Shown here: positions 52,157 to 62,052 of the stretch, piece by piece
Layout of the letters: the number at the start of each line of letters is the position of its first letter
How positions within the stretch are numbered: the first letter of the stretch is position 1
Origin: Verrucomicrobiota bacterium
GTDB lineage: Bacteria; Verrucomicrobiota; Verrucomicrobiia; Limisphaerales; JACRJY01
DNA: 64,000 bases
Assembly (NCBI GenBank): GCA_016235585.1
Contig: JACRJY010000098.1
Location: forward strand, 8,810 to 72,809
Reading direction: 5' to 3'
Made by a program: the position numbers and the translations under genes
The notes under the pieces: generated by a model
Seen by the model: the letters and a program-made list of their open reading frames with translations, nothing else
What the model was told of the DNA's origin: nothing
Database searches by the model: none

Positions 52157-52405
52157 TTAAGGCACGTCGGTTAAATCTAACCAAAAGCCACCGTAAGCAT
52201 TCAATGGCTCTTTCAATGGCGTGTTTTTGTAAAGCCAAACAACTGGATAATAAACAGCGTCAACGATTGGTTGAGAGGAAGGTATTTTATGAACGAGAAC
52301 CAGCGCCGGACCAACACTCAAAACGTAAAGAACTAACGCCGTCGAAATTCCCCAAGCAAAGCCTGCACCTTTGCTTTTCCTGCGGCTGTTCTCCACTTCG
52401 CCCAT
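52157..52405 (-). CDS. small membrane protein (orphan)
   Basis: The start at 52405 lies 1 nt after the upstream GNAT stop (TGAtATG). One or two hydrophobic helices. AT-richer than the flanks. Confidence 0.4.
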   Translation of the reverse strand: MGEVENSRRKSKGAGFAWGISTALVLYVLSVGPALVLVHKIPSSQPIVDAVYYPVVWLYKNTPLKEPLNAYGGFWLDLTDVP

Positions 52406-52406
52406 A

Positions 52407-52988
52407 TCAGCCCATCCCGGCGTATTCCTCATCCGTCACGAGGTCGAGGCCCATGAGCACGTAGTCGTGAGTGACGGCCTGCATGTCCTTGACGTAGTCC
52501 GGCAGCTTCACGAGCTGCGAGAAGCCGATCAGGCTGAACATCTTGAGCGCGCCGAGCTGTTTGCCGATGAATTCCGCCTCGAGTTTCTCCAGGCCGCAAG
52601 CACGGGAGATTTCCACCAGCTCGTTCACCAGCCGCCGGGCCAGGCCGCGCCCGCGGTGCTGCGGATGCACGTGGACGCTCACGCGCCCGATGTGCCGCCG
52701 CCAGCCGCCGAGCTGCTGGTGCAGCGTGGCGACGCCGATGATTTTGCCGTCGCGCACGGCGAGCAGCGGAAGGTTGTGCCCGTGGTCAATGTTCTCGCAC
52801 CACTCGGTGACGACCGGCAGCTCGGTGACGCGGTGCTTGATATACATCAGCTCCGGCGCGGGCATGGCGAGGAAGAACTCGTGAAAGGCCTTCGCGTCGT
52901 GCGGCTCCAGCGGGCGCAGCGCGCAGGCAAAGCCGTCCTTGAAAACAATTTCCTTGGGAAACTCGTCGAGTGCGGATTCGAGTGACAT
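52407..52988 (-). CDS. GNAT family N-acetyltransferase
   Basis: Met at 52988. The VHPQHRGRGLARRLV motif (Q/R-x-x-G-x-G/A) is typical of the GNAT acetyl-CoA site. Confidence 0.75.
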   Translation of the reverse strand: MSLESALDEFPKEIVFKDGFACALRPLEPHDAKAFHEFFLAMPAPELMYIKHRVTELPVVTEWCENIDHGHNLPLLAVRDGKIIGVATLHQQLGGWRRHIGRVSVHVHPQHRGRGLARRLVNELVEISRACGLEKLEAEFIGKQLGALKMFSLIGFSQLVKLPDYVKDMQAVTHDYVLMGLDLVTDEEYAGMG

Positions 52989-53055
52989 AAGTTTTTGGCT
53001 CTCGTTTTGTTGGCTGGCAGCGTGAGTCAAAGCCCGGCCCGGCTCAAGCTTCAAT

Positions 53056-53865
53056 TCACAGTTCCGCCGCCGAATCCCCGGCGATGCCGAAGTCCGACCG
53101 CGTGAACCGCTCGTCCAGCATCGTTGGATCGAGGCTCCAGCGCGCGGCGAGCAGCGGCACGCGCTCGGCGTTCCACGCGCCGGCCTCGTGTTCGAGATAG
53201 TTCCCGCCGGCACCTTCGCCGTAGTCGGCGCAGCGCAGGCCGAGCGAAACTTCGGCGGCGGTTTTCGGCCCCTGATGCCAGAGCGTCTGCCCCGCCCACG
53301 CGTAGGCGCGCAACACGCGGCCCGCCTCCAGCCGCGCCCACGCGTGATGCCCCAGCACGCGACTGGCGGAAAAGAACTGCACGTGGCCGAGCTTGCGGCT
53401 CATGGCGCAGAGGAAACGAAAACACGCATCCACGTCCTCCGCCGGATCGGGCAGGCGCGCGCCAAGCACGAGCACCCAGCCGTCCACGGGCGGCGAGATG
53501 AAAAGGCGGCTTTCGCGCGCCTCCTGCACGCCGTTCTCCCACGAGCAGGGGGCGGCGTTGTGCAGGCGCAGCGCCGTGCGGACGGCGTGGGGGTTGGTGG
53601 TCTGCACCGCGAGCCAGCGGTCGGGCGGCTCCAGGAAGGCCGGGCGGAACCGCGCCTCCTCCCACGGGCGTTCGGCGGGCCGCAGTTCCGCGAGCCAGCG
53701 CTGCCGCCGCGCGTGATAGCTGACCATCCAGATGAACACGACGCTGATGAGGAAGACGAACAGGAGCAGCCCCAGCAGCACCAGCGCCGCCACGTCCACG
53801 CTCTGCACCGCGGCGGGCGGGCCGTCGAAATTTCCAAGCAGGGCCAGTTGCAGGAATCTGTTCAT
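53056..53865 (-). CDS. hypothetical membrane-anchored protein
   Basis: Met at 53865. One TM helix (VAALVLLGLLLFVFLISVVFIWMV), then a ~200-aa soluble domain with no motif recognised. First gene of a tightly packed 5-gene minus-strand operon. Confidence 0.5.
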   Translation of the reverse strand: MNRFLQLALLGNFDGPPAAVQSVDVAALVLLGLLLFVFLISVVFIWMVSYHARRQRWLAELRPAERPWEEARFRPAFLEPPDRWLAVQTTNPHAVRTALRLHNAAPCSWENGVQEARESRLFISPPVDGWVLVLGARLPDPAEDVDACFRFLCAMSRKLGHVQFFSASRVLGHHAWARLEAGRVLRAYAWAGQTLWHQGPKTAAEVSLGLRCADYGEGAGGNYLEHEAGAWNAERVPLLAARWSLDPTMLDERFTRSDFGIAGDSAAEL

Positions 53866-53952
53866 GGGCGACGGCGGAAAAAATAACCGCCGCGCCGAAT
53901 CGCGCAATCCAAAACACGACAGTGCGTTTTCAAAATGAGCGGCACCAGCGGC

Positions 53953-54085
53953 GTGGCGCAGATTGGCAATCTGCTGTTTCGCCGACTGGCAGTCGGCGCG
54001 GTGCCGGATCAGCGGGAGGCCTTCAGATTTTCACGGTAAGGCCGGTTGCCAACCGGCGAAACAGCAGGATGCCATCCTGCGCTAC
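53953..54085. repeat. REP-like palindromic element, family A, copy 2
   Basis: Same module order as 26447..26565: GCGCAG-ATTGGCAAT-CTGCTGTTTCGCCG-ACTGGCAGT-CGGCG ... GCCGG-TTGCCAA-CCGGCGAAACAGCAGG-ATGCCAT-CCTGCGCTAC. Confidence 0.75.
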
Positions 54086-54120
54086 GAGGAAGGCGAACGC
54101 CCCCGCCCGGTTGCAAGCCG

Positions 54121-57100
54121 TTATTCCGCGAGCACGGCCCGGTAAAAGCGCTGGCTGAAGCCCGTCGCCTGCCGGTCGGTGAACTGCACCGCGCCGTTGG
54201 TGACGGCCAGGGTCGCCAGCGCCACCCAGCTCTGGAGGTCTTCGGAGACTTCGATGTGATACTGGCTGCCGGTCAGGCCCGTCAGTTCCATGCGCAACCC
54301 GGTCTTCATCGGCTGAAGGTTCGAGGAGTCAAGCCGGACGCCCGTGCCGTAGAGCGCCACGGCGGTGAAACTGTTCGTTGCGCTCAAGGCCGGCGCGCCG
54401 CTGTCGGTGACGACGACGCGGAACACGTTGGTGATCGCGCTTTCCGTCGGGCCGGGCAGCCACGTCACCACGCCGCTGCCGGCGTTGATGACCGCGCCGG
54501 TGGGCGCGCTGGCGAGGCTGAACGTCAGCAACTGGCCGGGCAGATCCACGTCGGCGGCGAGGTTGGTGATGACGAGAGGGTTGGTCGCCCAGAAGGTGAC
54601 GTTGGACATCGCCGCCAGCACCGGCGCGTCGTTCACGGGATTGAGATTGATCGTGATGTTTGTGCCCGCGCTCAAGCCGCCGAGATGCGCCACGGTGTGA
54701 TCCTGCAAGAAGAGAATGTCGTTCGAGGACAGCACCGTCTTGAACAGCGCGACCTCGTCCAGCGAGCCGTTGAACCAGCGATCCGTCGAGTTGGTGCCGT
54801 TGTGTCCGCCGAAGATGAGGTTCGTCTGCGCGATGTTGATCGTGACGCCGTTGGACGAGCCAGCCAGCGCGCCGTTGAAGTAGAGGCGGAAGTTGCCCTT
54901 GTTCGAGTTGGTGCGGTCGTAGGTCAGCGCGACGTGGTGCCACTCGCCGGTCAGCGCGGTTGTCGGGCCGTTGAGCTCCATGTCAATGCCGTTGGTCACG
55001 TTGTAGAGGCGCACGCGCACGCGGTTGCCGCTGCCGCTCGGCAGATAAAGCTGCAGCTCCTCGTCGCTGCTGCCGCCGCCGTCCACCGGGCCGTCGTAAA
55101 AAAGATAATCATCATTCGTCGTCGCGTCGCGGCGGAACCAGCACGCGAACGTCCAGTCGGCGTTGTTCAAACTGTATTCGCTCGTGAGCATCCGGCGGTA
55201 GAGCCGCGCGGAGTTGCTCGCGCCATTCTCGGTGAGCAGCAGCGAGACGAGGCTGAAGGGCGCGAGCGACGGCGGCACGTCGTTTGTCACGTAGGCGAAC
55301 GCGCCCGTGCCGTCCGCGTCGAGCGTGCCGGTGCGGACGTTGCCGGAGCGGTCGGAGGAGGCGCTGTCGCTCGTGGTGTCCGTCGGCTCGAAGTCATAGT
55401 AGAGCAGCAGCGCCGGGTGAAAACCCTTGTCCCGCGCGGTGAAGGTGAACGAGGCCGCGCCGTTGTAGTTTGTCGTGGGCGTGAACCGCACCGTGCGGTT
55501 GGTCAGGAGTGTGACCGTGCCGTTGCTCGCGCCGGTGACGGCGAACAGGACGTTGCTGTCCGCGGTGCCGGACGGGCTGGCGTCGCTCGTGCGCGCCCAC
55601 AAGTCCACGGTCAGCGTCACGTCCTCGTTCCCCGTGTTGGTCGCGGTGGTGAGCGTGGGCGGCGGCTGGACGTTCAATGTGAACGTGTTCGTCAGCGTCG
55701 CACCGTCGGTGTCGGTGGTGAGCAGCTGGTTCGTGACGGTGCCGAAGCCGGTGGCGACCGGGCGCAGCGTGAGCAGACGATTCGTGCCGCTGATGGAAAA
55801 AGTGAACCCGCTGTCGGGGATGATGTTGGTGTTGCCGCTGACGAAATCGAGCGTGAGGTTCGTGTGCGCCGTCTCCCAGTCGAACACCCAGAAAACCATG
55901 GGCGTATTCGTCGTGCCCATGTTCATCGTGCGGGTCACGAAGCCGCCGACAAGCGGGATGCCGCCGGCGAAGTTGATGTTGTTCGTGCCCGGCCCGACGA
56001 CGATGGGGTTGGCGAAATTTCCCCGGATAAACGAGTGGCTTTCCTGAAACGCGCTCACGCTGTAGCTGCCCGCCTTCAGCCCGACGAGCTGGTAAATGCC
56101 GTCGCTGTCCGTGTAGGTGAAGTTCGTCGCGTCGGTATAGACGCGCACGCCCGTCTGCGGCACGCCGTGCAGCAGCGCCTGCCCGCTGATGGCATAGACC
56201 GTCGGGCTGCCGATGCGGACGATGATGGACTTGCGCGCCACGCCGCCTTTCATGTCGCTGACCGTGCATTGCACGAGATACTCGCCGGAGGAACTCCACG
56301 AGTGCGAGACGTTCGGACTGTTCGACGTGCTGTAATCGCCGTCGTTGTAATCCCACGAGTAGGCCAGCGTGTCGCCGTCCGCATCATCCGCCGTCGCGGT
56401 GAAGCTCAACGACACGCCGGTGGAGGCGTTCGTGTCGGGCGCGGACACGCTCACGGTGGGAACGGTGTTGCCCGCGAATGGCCCGTAGCGCACCACCACG
56501 TCAATCCACGACGGCGGCCCGGAGCCTTTGCCGACGGGCGTGATGTGGATGTTGTAGCCGGGGTCGGTGAACGTGCGGCCGATGACCAGCGGCGAATCAT
56601 CCTTGTCGTTGCCCGAGTCCGGGTCGGAATTCGGCGTGGTGTCGAGCAGCTCCGGTTTTTCGTTGCCGCTGCCGGCCCAGTTCACCACCACGCCGTTGTC
56701 GAGCGCCTTGTTCGACTTCGTGGTGCGATACTCCAGCCAGTAATACTCCTTGTCGTTGTTCAGCGCCGTGTCGCGCGTCACGCGGATGCCCTTCAAAAAC
56801 CCCGGCTCCTGCAGTTCATCGTGCGCGTAGAGCCGGTTCGTCGTCGTGCCGCTGCTCACGGCCACCCACTCGTTGCCGTCCACGCCGTTGGTGATCCAGC
56901 CGAGATATTTTTTCTGCGACGCGCCGAAGGCGTTCGCCGTCGAGGCGGCTCCCATCGAGTCCCACGGATTGCCATATTCGTCGTTTGATCCGCCCGTGGC
57001 GATGACGGTGCCGAACGGGGCGGCGTAAAAATTCGCATGGTTCAATCCGAAGTTGTGGCCGAACTCGTGCGAGCCGATGTTCGCCGTGGAGCTTTCGCCC

Positions 57101-58386
57101 GTCGTGTGCAGCCACGCGCCGCGCGCGCCCACGTAGGCCAGCCCGCCGTAGCCCCAGCCGCTCGCCCCGCCGCCGAAGCACACCGCGTCGAGGTCGTAGG
57201 CGTTGAGGTCGTAGCCATCGGCAGTGGCGGCGGCACGCGCGTCGGTGCGGAGCTGGCCGTCGTCGCCGTTGTATTCCGCGTTGCTCATTGGCATCCGATA
57301 GACGGGCGTGTAATCGCTCCCGGCCCCGACCAGCGGCACCGTCATCCGCCCGCCGGACCAGTTCGAGAAGGCCACGGCCAGCCGCACGATGATGTTCGTC
57401 CCCTCTGTATCGGTGAACGGGTCGGTCGTGTAGTCCGAAAAATCCACACGAATTAGGAGAATCTTGCGGTTGCCCGTGTGCGCGTAATCCGCCGGGCCAC
57501 CCGGCGCGGCGGCCCCCGGCGGCAACGCATCTTCGGCGGCGGCCAGCGACGCGGCGAGCCGGGCCGCGTGATCCGCACTGCACAGAAATTTTGCCTCCCC
57601 GCCGACATTGAGCGCGACCTCGTCGTTGTTGGCCGTCGAGGCGAGGCCGGAGATGGAGCAGATCGGATCGGACGGCAGCGCGGCCTTCGCGGCGGCGGCC
57701 TCGGCGGCTTCCAGCACGCGCACGGGCGACTCGGCGAAGGCCGCGTTGCCATCAATCGCGATGCCGTGCAGCGGAATGTTCCAGCGCGTCGGATGGCCGA
57801 GCCGGCGGCCATAAACGAAGGCGGGGTAAGTTTTGCCGCCGATGTTTGCATAGCGCGAATTCGCCGGGCGCGTCAGGAGTCTGCCCGGCTCCGGCATCGC
57901 CGCCATCAACGTCAAGTCCCCGCGCCCGCGCACCGGCTCCTCCAGCAGTGCCGCCACCTCGGCGGGCAGCGCGCGGCGCAGTGCATCAGGCGCGGCCAGT
58001 TCAATCGCCAGTTGCGGATCGCCTTGTATCAGCTTCGCCAGTTCCACGCGCCGCCGTGCGGCCAGGCGAACGCCTTCCGCCACCAAGTCGGGAGTTGGCG
58101 CAGCCTGGTATCGCTGCGCCCATTCCGAAAACAGATCAAACGCCGGCGGCGGCGCGAGGCGCGGCCCCGGTGTTGCACTGGCGGGCGCACCGCCGGACGT
58201 CACGCGGGCCACCGCCAGCGGCACGGGAGAATTGTTCTTCTTCGCCGGCACCGGTGGCTTTACGACCGGTGAATGCGGCACGGGAGCGGACTGAACGCCG
58301 GGAGCCGGACGCCGATCCGTCCGGGAGTTGAGGAAAAACAAAGCCGCGCCGGCCAGAACGGCAACAAGCAACAGGCGTGACTTCAT
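54121..58386 (-). CDS. giant secreted metzincin-type zinc metalloprotease with PKD, Ig/cadherin-like, LamG and C-terminal RFYR modules
   Basis: The Met at 58386 gives the signal MKSRLLLVAVLAGAALFFL. Zinc motif HEFGHNFGLNH, PKD (DADGDTLAYSWDYNDGD), LamG (WFNGSLDEVALFKTVLSSNDI). C-terminus ends QRFYRAVLAE. Confidence 0.8.
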   Translation of the reverse strand: MKSRLLLVAVLAGAALFFLNSRTDRRPAPGVQSAPVPHSPVVKPPVPAKKNNSPVPLAVARVTSGGAPASATPGPRLAPPPAFDLFSEWAQRYQAAPTPDLVAEGVRLAARRRVELAKLIQGDPQLAIELAAPDALRRALPAEVAALLEEPVRGRGDLTLMAAMPEPGRLLTRPANSRYANIGGKTYPAFVYGRRLGHPTRWNIPLHGIAIDGNAAFAESPVRVLEAAEAAAAKAALPSDPICSISGLASTANNDEVALNVGGEAKFLCSADHAARLAASLAAAEDALPPGAAAPGGPADYAHTGNRKILLIRVDFSDYTTDPFTDTEGTNIIVRLAVAFSNWSGGRMTVPLVGAGSDYTPVYRMPMSNAEYNGDDGQLRTDARAAATADGYDLNAYDLDAVCFGGGASGWGYGGLAYVGARGAWLHTTGESSTANIGSHEFGHNFGLNHANFYAAPFGTVIATGGSNDEYGNPWDSMGAASTANAFGASQKKYLGWITNGVDGNEWVAVSSGTTTNRLYAHDELQEPGFLKGIRVTRDTALNNDKEYYWLEYRTTKSNKALDNGVVVNWAGSGNEKPELLDTTPNSDPDSGNDKDDSPLVIGRTFTDPGYNIHITPVGKGSGPPSWIDVVVRYGPFAGNTVPTVSVSAPDTNASTGVSLSFTATADDADGDTLAYSWDYNDGDYSTSNSPNVSHSWSSSGEYLVQCTVSDMKGGVARKSIIVRIGSPTVYAISGQALLHGVPQTGVRVYTDATNFTYTDSDGIYQLVGLKAGSYSVSAFQESHSFIRGNFANPIVVGPGTNNINFAGGIPLVGGFVTRTMNMGTTNTPMVFWVFDWETAHTNLTLDFVSGNTNIIPDSGFTFSISGTNRLLTLRPVATGFGTVTNQLLTTDTDGATLTNTFTLNVQPPPTLTTATNTGNEDVTLTVDLWARTSDASPSGTADSNVLFAVTGASNGTVTLLTNRTVRFTPTTNYNGAASFTFTARDKGFHPALLLYYDFEPTDTTSDSASSDRSGNVRTGTLDADGTGAFAYVTNDVPPSLAPFSLVSLLLTENGASNSARLYRRMLTSEYSLNNADWTFACWFRRDATTNDDYLFYDGPVDGGGSSDEELQLYLPSGSGNRVRVRLYNVTNGIDMELNGPTTALTGEWHHVALTYDRTNSNKGNFRLYFNGALAGSSNGVTINIAQTNLIFGGHNGTNSTDRWFNGSLDEVALFKTVLSSNDILFLQDHTVAHLGGLSAGTNITINLNPVNDAPVLAAMSNVTFWATNPLVITNLAADVDLPGQLLTFSLASAPTGAVINAGSGVVTWLPGPTESAITNVFRVVVTDSGAPALSATNSFTAVALYGTGVRLDSSNLQPMKTGLRMELTGLTGSQYHIEVSEDLQSWVALATLAVTNGAVQFTDRQATGFSQRFYRAVLAE

Positions 58387-58586
58387 GTTTGAGCATTGTC
58401 CCCCCATCGTCGTTCCGCGCAAGAAACCGCGTGGGAATCCGCTCAAGGGCTGACGCCGTGAAGCTAGCCTTCATCGGGGCGCACGACAATCGCTAAAGCG
58501 GCGTCTGCAGACACGACGAGAGGAGCATCGAGGTTTGGCCGTGGAATGGGGAGGCATGGCGTTTCGCTGAAAACTTCCGCTTGCCA

Positions 58587-58669
58587 AACGGACGCACCGC
58601 CGGGGATGCGGTGGAGTGCTCCAAACCCGTCGGCGGGACGCCGACGGGTGCGACCGGGGCGTCCGCGTT
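58587..58669. repeat. REP-like element with perfect 10-bp hairpin CCCGTCGGCG-GGA-CGCCGACGGG
   Basis: Inner hairpin at 58626-58648. The outer arms, AACGGACGC ... GCGTCCGCGTT, pair partially. Lies in the divergent region between the protease gene and proB. Confidence 0.55.
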
Positions 58670-58731
58670 CCCCGCTTCAGTTACATCGTTCCGGCCAAAG
58701 CCCGGAGCCAATGAGGGCGCAAGAAAGTGAG

Positions 58732-59910
58732 ATGCGCCTCAAACACGCTCTCGATGTTCCCAAGCAAGTTCCCGGCGTTCGTCACAACCGCCTCGACACT
58801 CGCGGTGCCGTTTGCTACCAACTCCGCGTGCATCGCGCGTCGCTTTCCAGCGCCACCCGCCTCGTCGTCAAGCTCGGCACCGGCGTCCTCACCGACAGCC
58901 GGAAGCAGCCGGACTTGGCGCAGATGGGGCAGCTCGTGGCGCAGGTCGCCGCCCAGCACCGCGCGGGACGCGAAATCGTCCTCGTCACCTCCGGCGCGGT
59001 CGGCGCGGGCATGGGCGTGCTTGGCTTCGAGAAGCGTCCGGCGGAACTCGCCGAACTTCAGGCGTGCGCCGCCGTCGGCCAGTCGCGGCTGATGGCGACC
59101 TACGAGAAGCTGTTCGCCAAGTTCGACCTCCACGTCGCCCAGGTGCTGCTCACGCACGACGACCTCGAACATCACGAGCGTCATCTCAACGCCCGCAACA
59201 CCCTCATCGCGCTGCTCAACCGCCGCGTCGTGCCCATCATCAACGAGAACGACGCCGTGTCGTTCACCGAGTTGCGCTTCGGCGACAACGACAAGCTCTC
59301 GGCGCTCGTGGCGTCGCTGCTGCCGGCGGATTTGCTCGTCATCCTCACCACCGTGGACGGCGTGATGGAAAACTTCGGCAAGGCCGGCGCGAAAATCCTC
59401 CGCACCATCGAGCACATTGACGGCGCGGTGGAGAAGCTCGCCGGCGGCACCGACAGCGCGACGGCGGTCGGCGGCATGGCCTCGAAAATCGCGGCGGCGA
59501 AAATCGCCGTGCGCTCCGGCGTCCCGCTCGTCATCGCGCCGGGCCGCCGGAAGACCGTGCTGGCGGACATCCTCGGCGGCGCGGAGGAGGGGACGCTCTT
59601 TGTGCCGAACGCGGCGAAGCTCAAGGGCCGCAAGCGCTGGATTGCCTTCTTCCATCATCCCAAGGGCACGCTGTTCGTGGACGACGGCGCGCGCAAGGCG
59701 GTTGGCGAAAAGGGCAAGAGCCTGCTGCCGCCTGGCGTGGCGCGGTGCGAGGGCGACTTCGCCGCCGGCGACGTGGTGCGGATTTGCGACCTGAACGGCA
59801 CGGAGTTCGCGCGCGGCCTCTGCGATTTCTCCCCGGCGCAGATTGCGGCCAAGGCATCAGCATCACCCCGCGTTGAAGTCGTTCACCGGGACAATCTGGT
59901 CATCCTGTAG
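58732..59910 (+). CDS. proB: glutamate 5-kinase
   Basis: VVKLGTGVLT, TSGAVGAG and INENDAV motifs plus a C-terminal PUA domain. ATG 58732 gives a ~30-aa N-terminal extension. GTG 58828, just before RLVVKLG, is an equally plausible start. Confidence 0.88.
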   Translation: MRLKHALDVPKQVPGVRHNRLDTRGAVCYQLRVHRASLSSATRLVVKLGTGVLTDSRKQPDLAQMGQLVAQVAAQHRAGREIVLVTSGAVGAGMGVLGFEKRPAELAELQACAAVGQSRLMATYEKLFAKFDLHVAQVLLTHDDLEHHERHLNARNTLIALLNRRVVPIINENDAVSFTELRFGDNDKLSALVASLLPADLLVILTTVDGVMENFGKAGAKILRTIEHIDGAVEKLAGGTDSATAVGGMASKIAAAKIAVRSGVPLVIAPGRRKTVLADILGGAEEGTLFVPNAAKLKGRKRWIAFFHHPKGTLFVDDGARKAVGEKGKSLLPPGVARCEGDFAAGDVVRICDLNGTEFARGLCDFSPAQIAAKASASPRVEVVHRDNLVIL

Positions 59911-59952
59911 CCGGAATGCTGTCGTTGGCAGCCCGTCCGGCGCGCCGCCGGA

Positions 59953-60079
59953 CTCACCCGCCCCGATTGGCCCGCCAGAGCAGCACCGCGCCGACGGCCT
60001 GGAAGAGGAAGTTCGGAATCCACACGAGCAGGTGCGGGTGCCATTCGGCGCGCGTGTCGAGCGACTGGCCGAGGATGAT
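59953..60079 (-). pseudogene. orphan duplicate of the last 41 codons plus stop of lptF/G
   Basis: 127 bp, about 95 percent identical (6 mismatches by eye) to 62053..62179, exactly 2100 bp away. It encodes [41 protein letters not shown] followed by a stop. Confidence 0.7.
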
Positions 60080-60090
60080 GTGGTTAAAAG

Positions 60091-62049
60091 TCAGAGTGGA
60101 GGGACACGCCTGGACAGATAACTTTGCAACTCCTTTTCCACCTGATATGCCAGTTCGGTCTGTTTTGCGGAGCGAGCGAGTTCCAGCGCCCTTTGCGCGA
60201 GCTTGACCGCTTCCGGCCAGCGGTCGGATTGCGCGCTGGCTCGAGCCAACGCTTGGAAGAAAATTGCCTGCCGATGGGAGCCGAAATCATCCGGTGCGAA
60301 TTGCAGGGCGCGGCTGAAGTCGGCCAGGGCCGGCTCCACCTGGCCGAGCCGGGCCAGGGCCAGGCTACGGTTCATCAGTGCGCCGGCGTGGTTGGGCCGT
60401 GCGGACAGTTCTGCTGAAAATTGATCAGCCGCCTCCCGGAGCTTTCCCTGTTGTGCCAGGATGATGCCGATCAGGTTGTGGGTGTTTTCCATCTGCGGGG
60501 CTAGTTGGAGCACTGCGGTGGCATGCGGCAGGGCTTCGCTCCATTGGCCGAGGTTCATCAGGCCGCAGGCAAGGTGGTATCGCACTAACGGGCTGTCCGG
60601 GCGCAGGCTTGAAGCCTGCTGCAACCTAGCCACTCCTCCGGAAAAATTCCCTTGGTCGAGGTGGTATTTGCCAAGCCGGTATTGCAGGTCGGCGCGATAG
60701 GGATCCTTACCCAACCTGCGGATGGTGTATTCGAAAAGTGTGACGCTGTTTTCCCAAACGCGTGTCTGCTGGAAGCTCATCGTGCCAAAGAGCAATGCCA
60801 GCGCGCCTGCGCCCGCCAGCCCAATGGCGCGAAAGCGGGGCCATACCCACAGCCGCCAGAGTCCTGCTGCCAGCAGGACAGCCCAGCCCACGCTGGCGGC
60901 GAGGTTGTAGCGATCGCCTGGATAGTGCGGATGCTCGGTCAACCCCAGCATCGGCACGAGCAGGGCCAGATGAGCGATCCACAGTGCCAGGCCACCGGGC
61001 CAGTGCTGGCGGAAATAAACCAGCGCCGCTGTGATTCCAATAATTCCCGCCGTGCTGGCGACAAACGGCAGCGAGATTGGATCGAACTGGACAAGCTGCG
61101 TGTAGACGGGGGAGAGTCCTACAGGCAACAACGATTTCCAGAGGTAATATGTCCAGAGATAAAATGCCTGCATCAAGCGCGGCAGCCACCCGAACTCGTC
61201 GAGCGAGACCGGACGGCTCCAGGTGTCAACGGTGTGTGTGCGACTGTAAATGCTGATGGAGAAAGCCAGCAGCGTGAAAAAGAGGAAGGGCATTTTCTGC
61301 CAAACCGCCCGACGGGCAGCGGGATTCCACCATTGTCCATCGCTGAATTGAATTTTCCTCAACGGATAAAAATCCAGTGCGACAAGCGCTGGCAACAATC
61401 CCAGTGCAACGGGAAACGAAAACAGCGATGCGGCGAAGCAGAACACCGCCAGCCAGTAAATCCCCGGCCATCTGCCGTTGGATTTGTCACGGTGGGCCGC
61501 TTTCAGATAGCACAACAGTGAAACCAACAGAAACAGCATGGCTTGACACCAAGGCAGTTCGACGGCCCATGCGACATTTTCCACGCGTAGAGGATGCACA
61601 GCCCAAATCGCGGCTCCCAGGCCGGCACCCGCCAGCAGGGCATTGGACGCGGGTGCGGTCGGCGAACCGGCGGTGAGCAGCAGCAGTTTGCGGATCAACA
61701 GAAAGACCAGCCCGGCGTTCAATCCGTGCAACAGCAGGTTTCCAAGATGATAGCCGAATGGATTCAGGCCGAAGAACAGATGGATCACCGACCACGTCAG
61801 CCAACCGAAGGGTTGGTAGCGCCAAAAATACTGAGCATCCGTGAACATCCAGACAATACGCTCGATAGTCGGCGGGCCGAGGTGAGGGTTGCGATAAATG
61901 TTGCTGTCGTCGTCCCACTGAACGAAGTCCGCTTGGAGTGCGCGGCCAAACACAACGAACACCGTGAGAAACAAACCGAGGCAGATCAACAGTTCCCGAC
62001 CATGGCGGTGTAGAAAGGGAGTGGGCGGCTGATGATTCGCGGCTTTCAC
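60091..62049 (-). CDS. TMTC-like membrane glycosyltransferase (PMT/GT-C-type N-terminal region) with C-terminal TPR repeats
   Basis: 652 aa. About 11 hydrophobic helices, with a DD motif in the first loop ([10 protein letters not shown]). Five or more TPR units in the last ~250 aa. Confidence 0.72.
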   Translation of the reverse strand: MKAANHQPPTPFLHRHGRELLICLGLFLTVFVVFGRALQADFVQWDDDSNIYRNPHLGPPTIERIVWMFTDAQYFWRYQPFGWLTWSVIHLFFGLNPFGYHLGNLLLHGLNAGLVFLLIRKLLLLTAGSPTAPASNALLAGAGLGAAIWAVHPLRVENVAWAVELPWCQAMLFLLVSLLCYLKAAHRDKSNGRWPGIYWLAVFCFAASLFSFPVALGLLPALVALDFYPLRKIQFSDGQWWNPAARRAVWQKMPFLFFTLLAFSISIYSRTHTVDTWSRPVSLDEFGWLPRLMQAFYLWTYYLWKSLLPVGLSPVYTQLVQFDPISLPFVASTAGIIGITAALVYFRQHWPGGLALWIAHLALLVPMLGLTEHPHYPGDRYNLAASVGWAVLLAAGLWRLWVWPRFRAIGLAGAGALALLFGTMSFQQTRVWENSVTLFEYTIRRLGKDPYRADLQYRLGKYHLDQGNFSGGVARLQQASSLRPDSPLVRYHLACGLMNLGQWSEALPHATAVLQLAPQMENTHNLIGIILAQQGKLREAADQFSAELSARPNHAGALMNRSLALARLGQVEPALADFSRALQFAPDDFGSHRQAIFFQALARASAQSDRWPEAVKLAQRALELARSAKQTELAYQVEKELQSYLSRRVPPL

Positions 62050-62052
62050 AAA

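Noticed and set aside
54046-56988. 980-aa plus-strand ORF opposite the giant metalloprotease gene
   Set aside because: Antisense shadow. The minus-strand frame carries the HEFGHNFGLNH, PKD and LamG signatures, whereas this frame is Arg/Val/Ala-rich with no domains.
58546-58731. 62-codon N-terminal extension of proB from ATG 58546
   Set aside because: The extension runs through a REP-like hairpin region and is Arg/Pro/Gly-rich. The conserved kinase fold starts near RLVVKLGTG, so 58732 (ATG) or 58828 (GTG) are the realistic starts.
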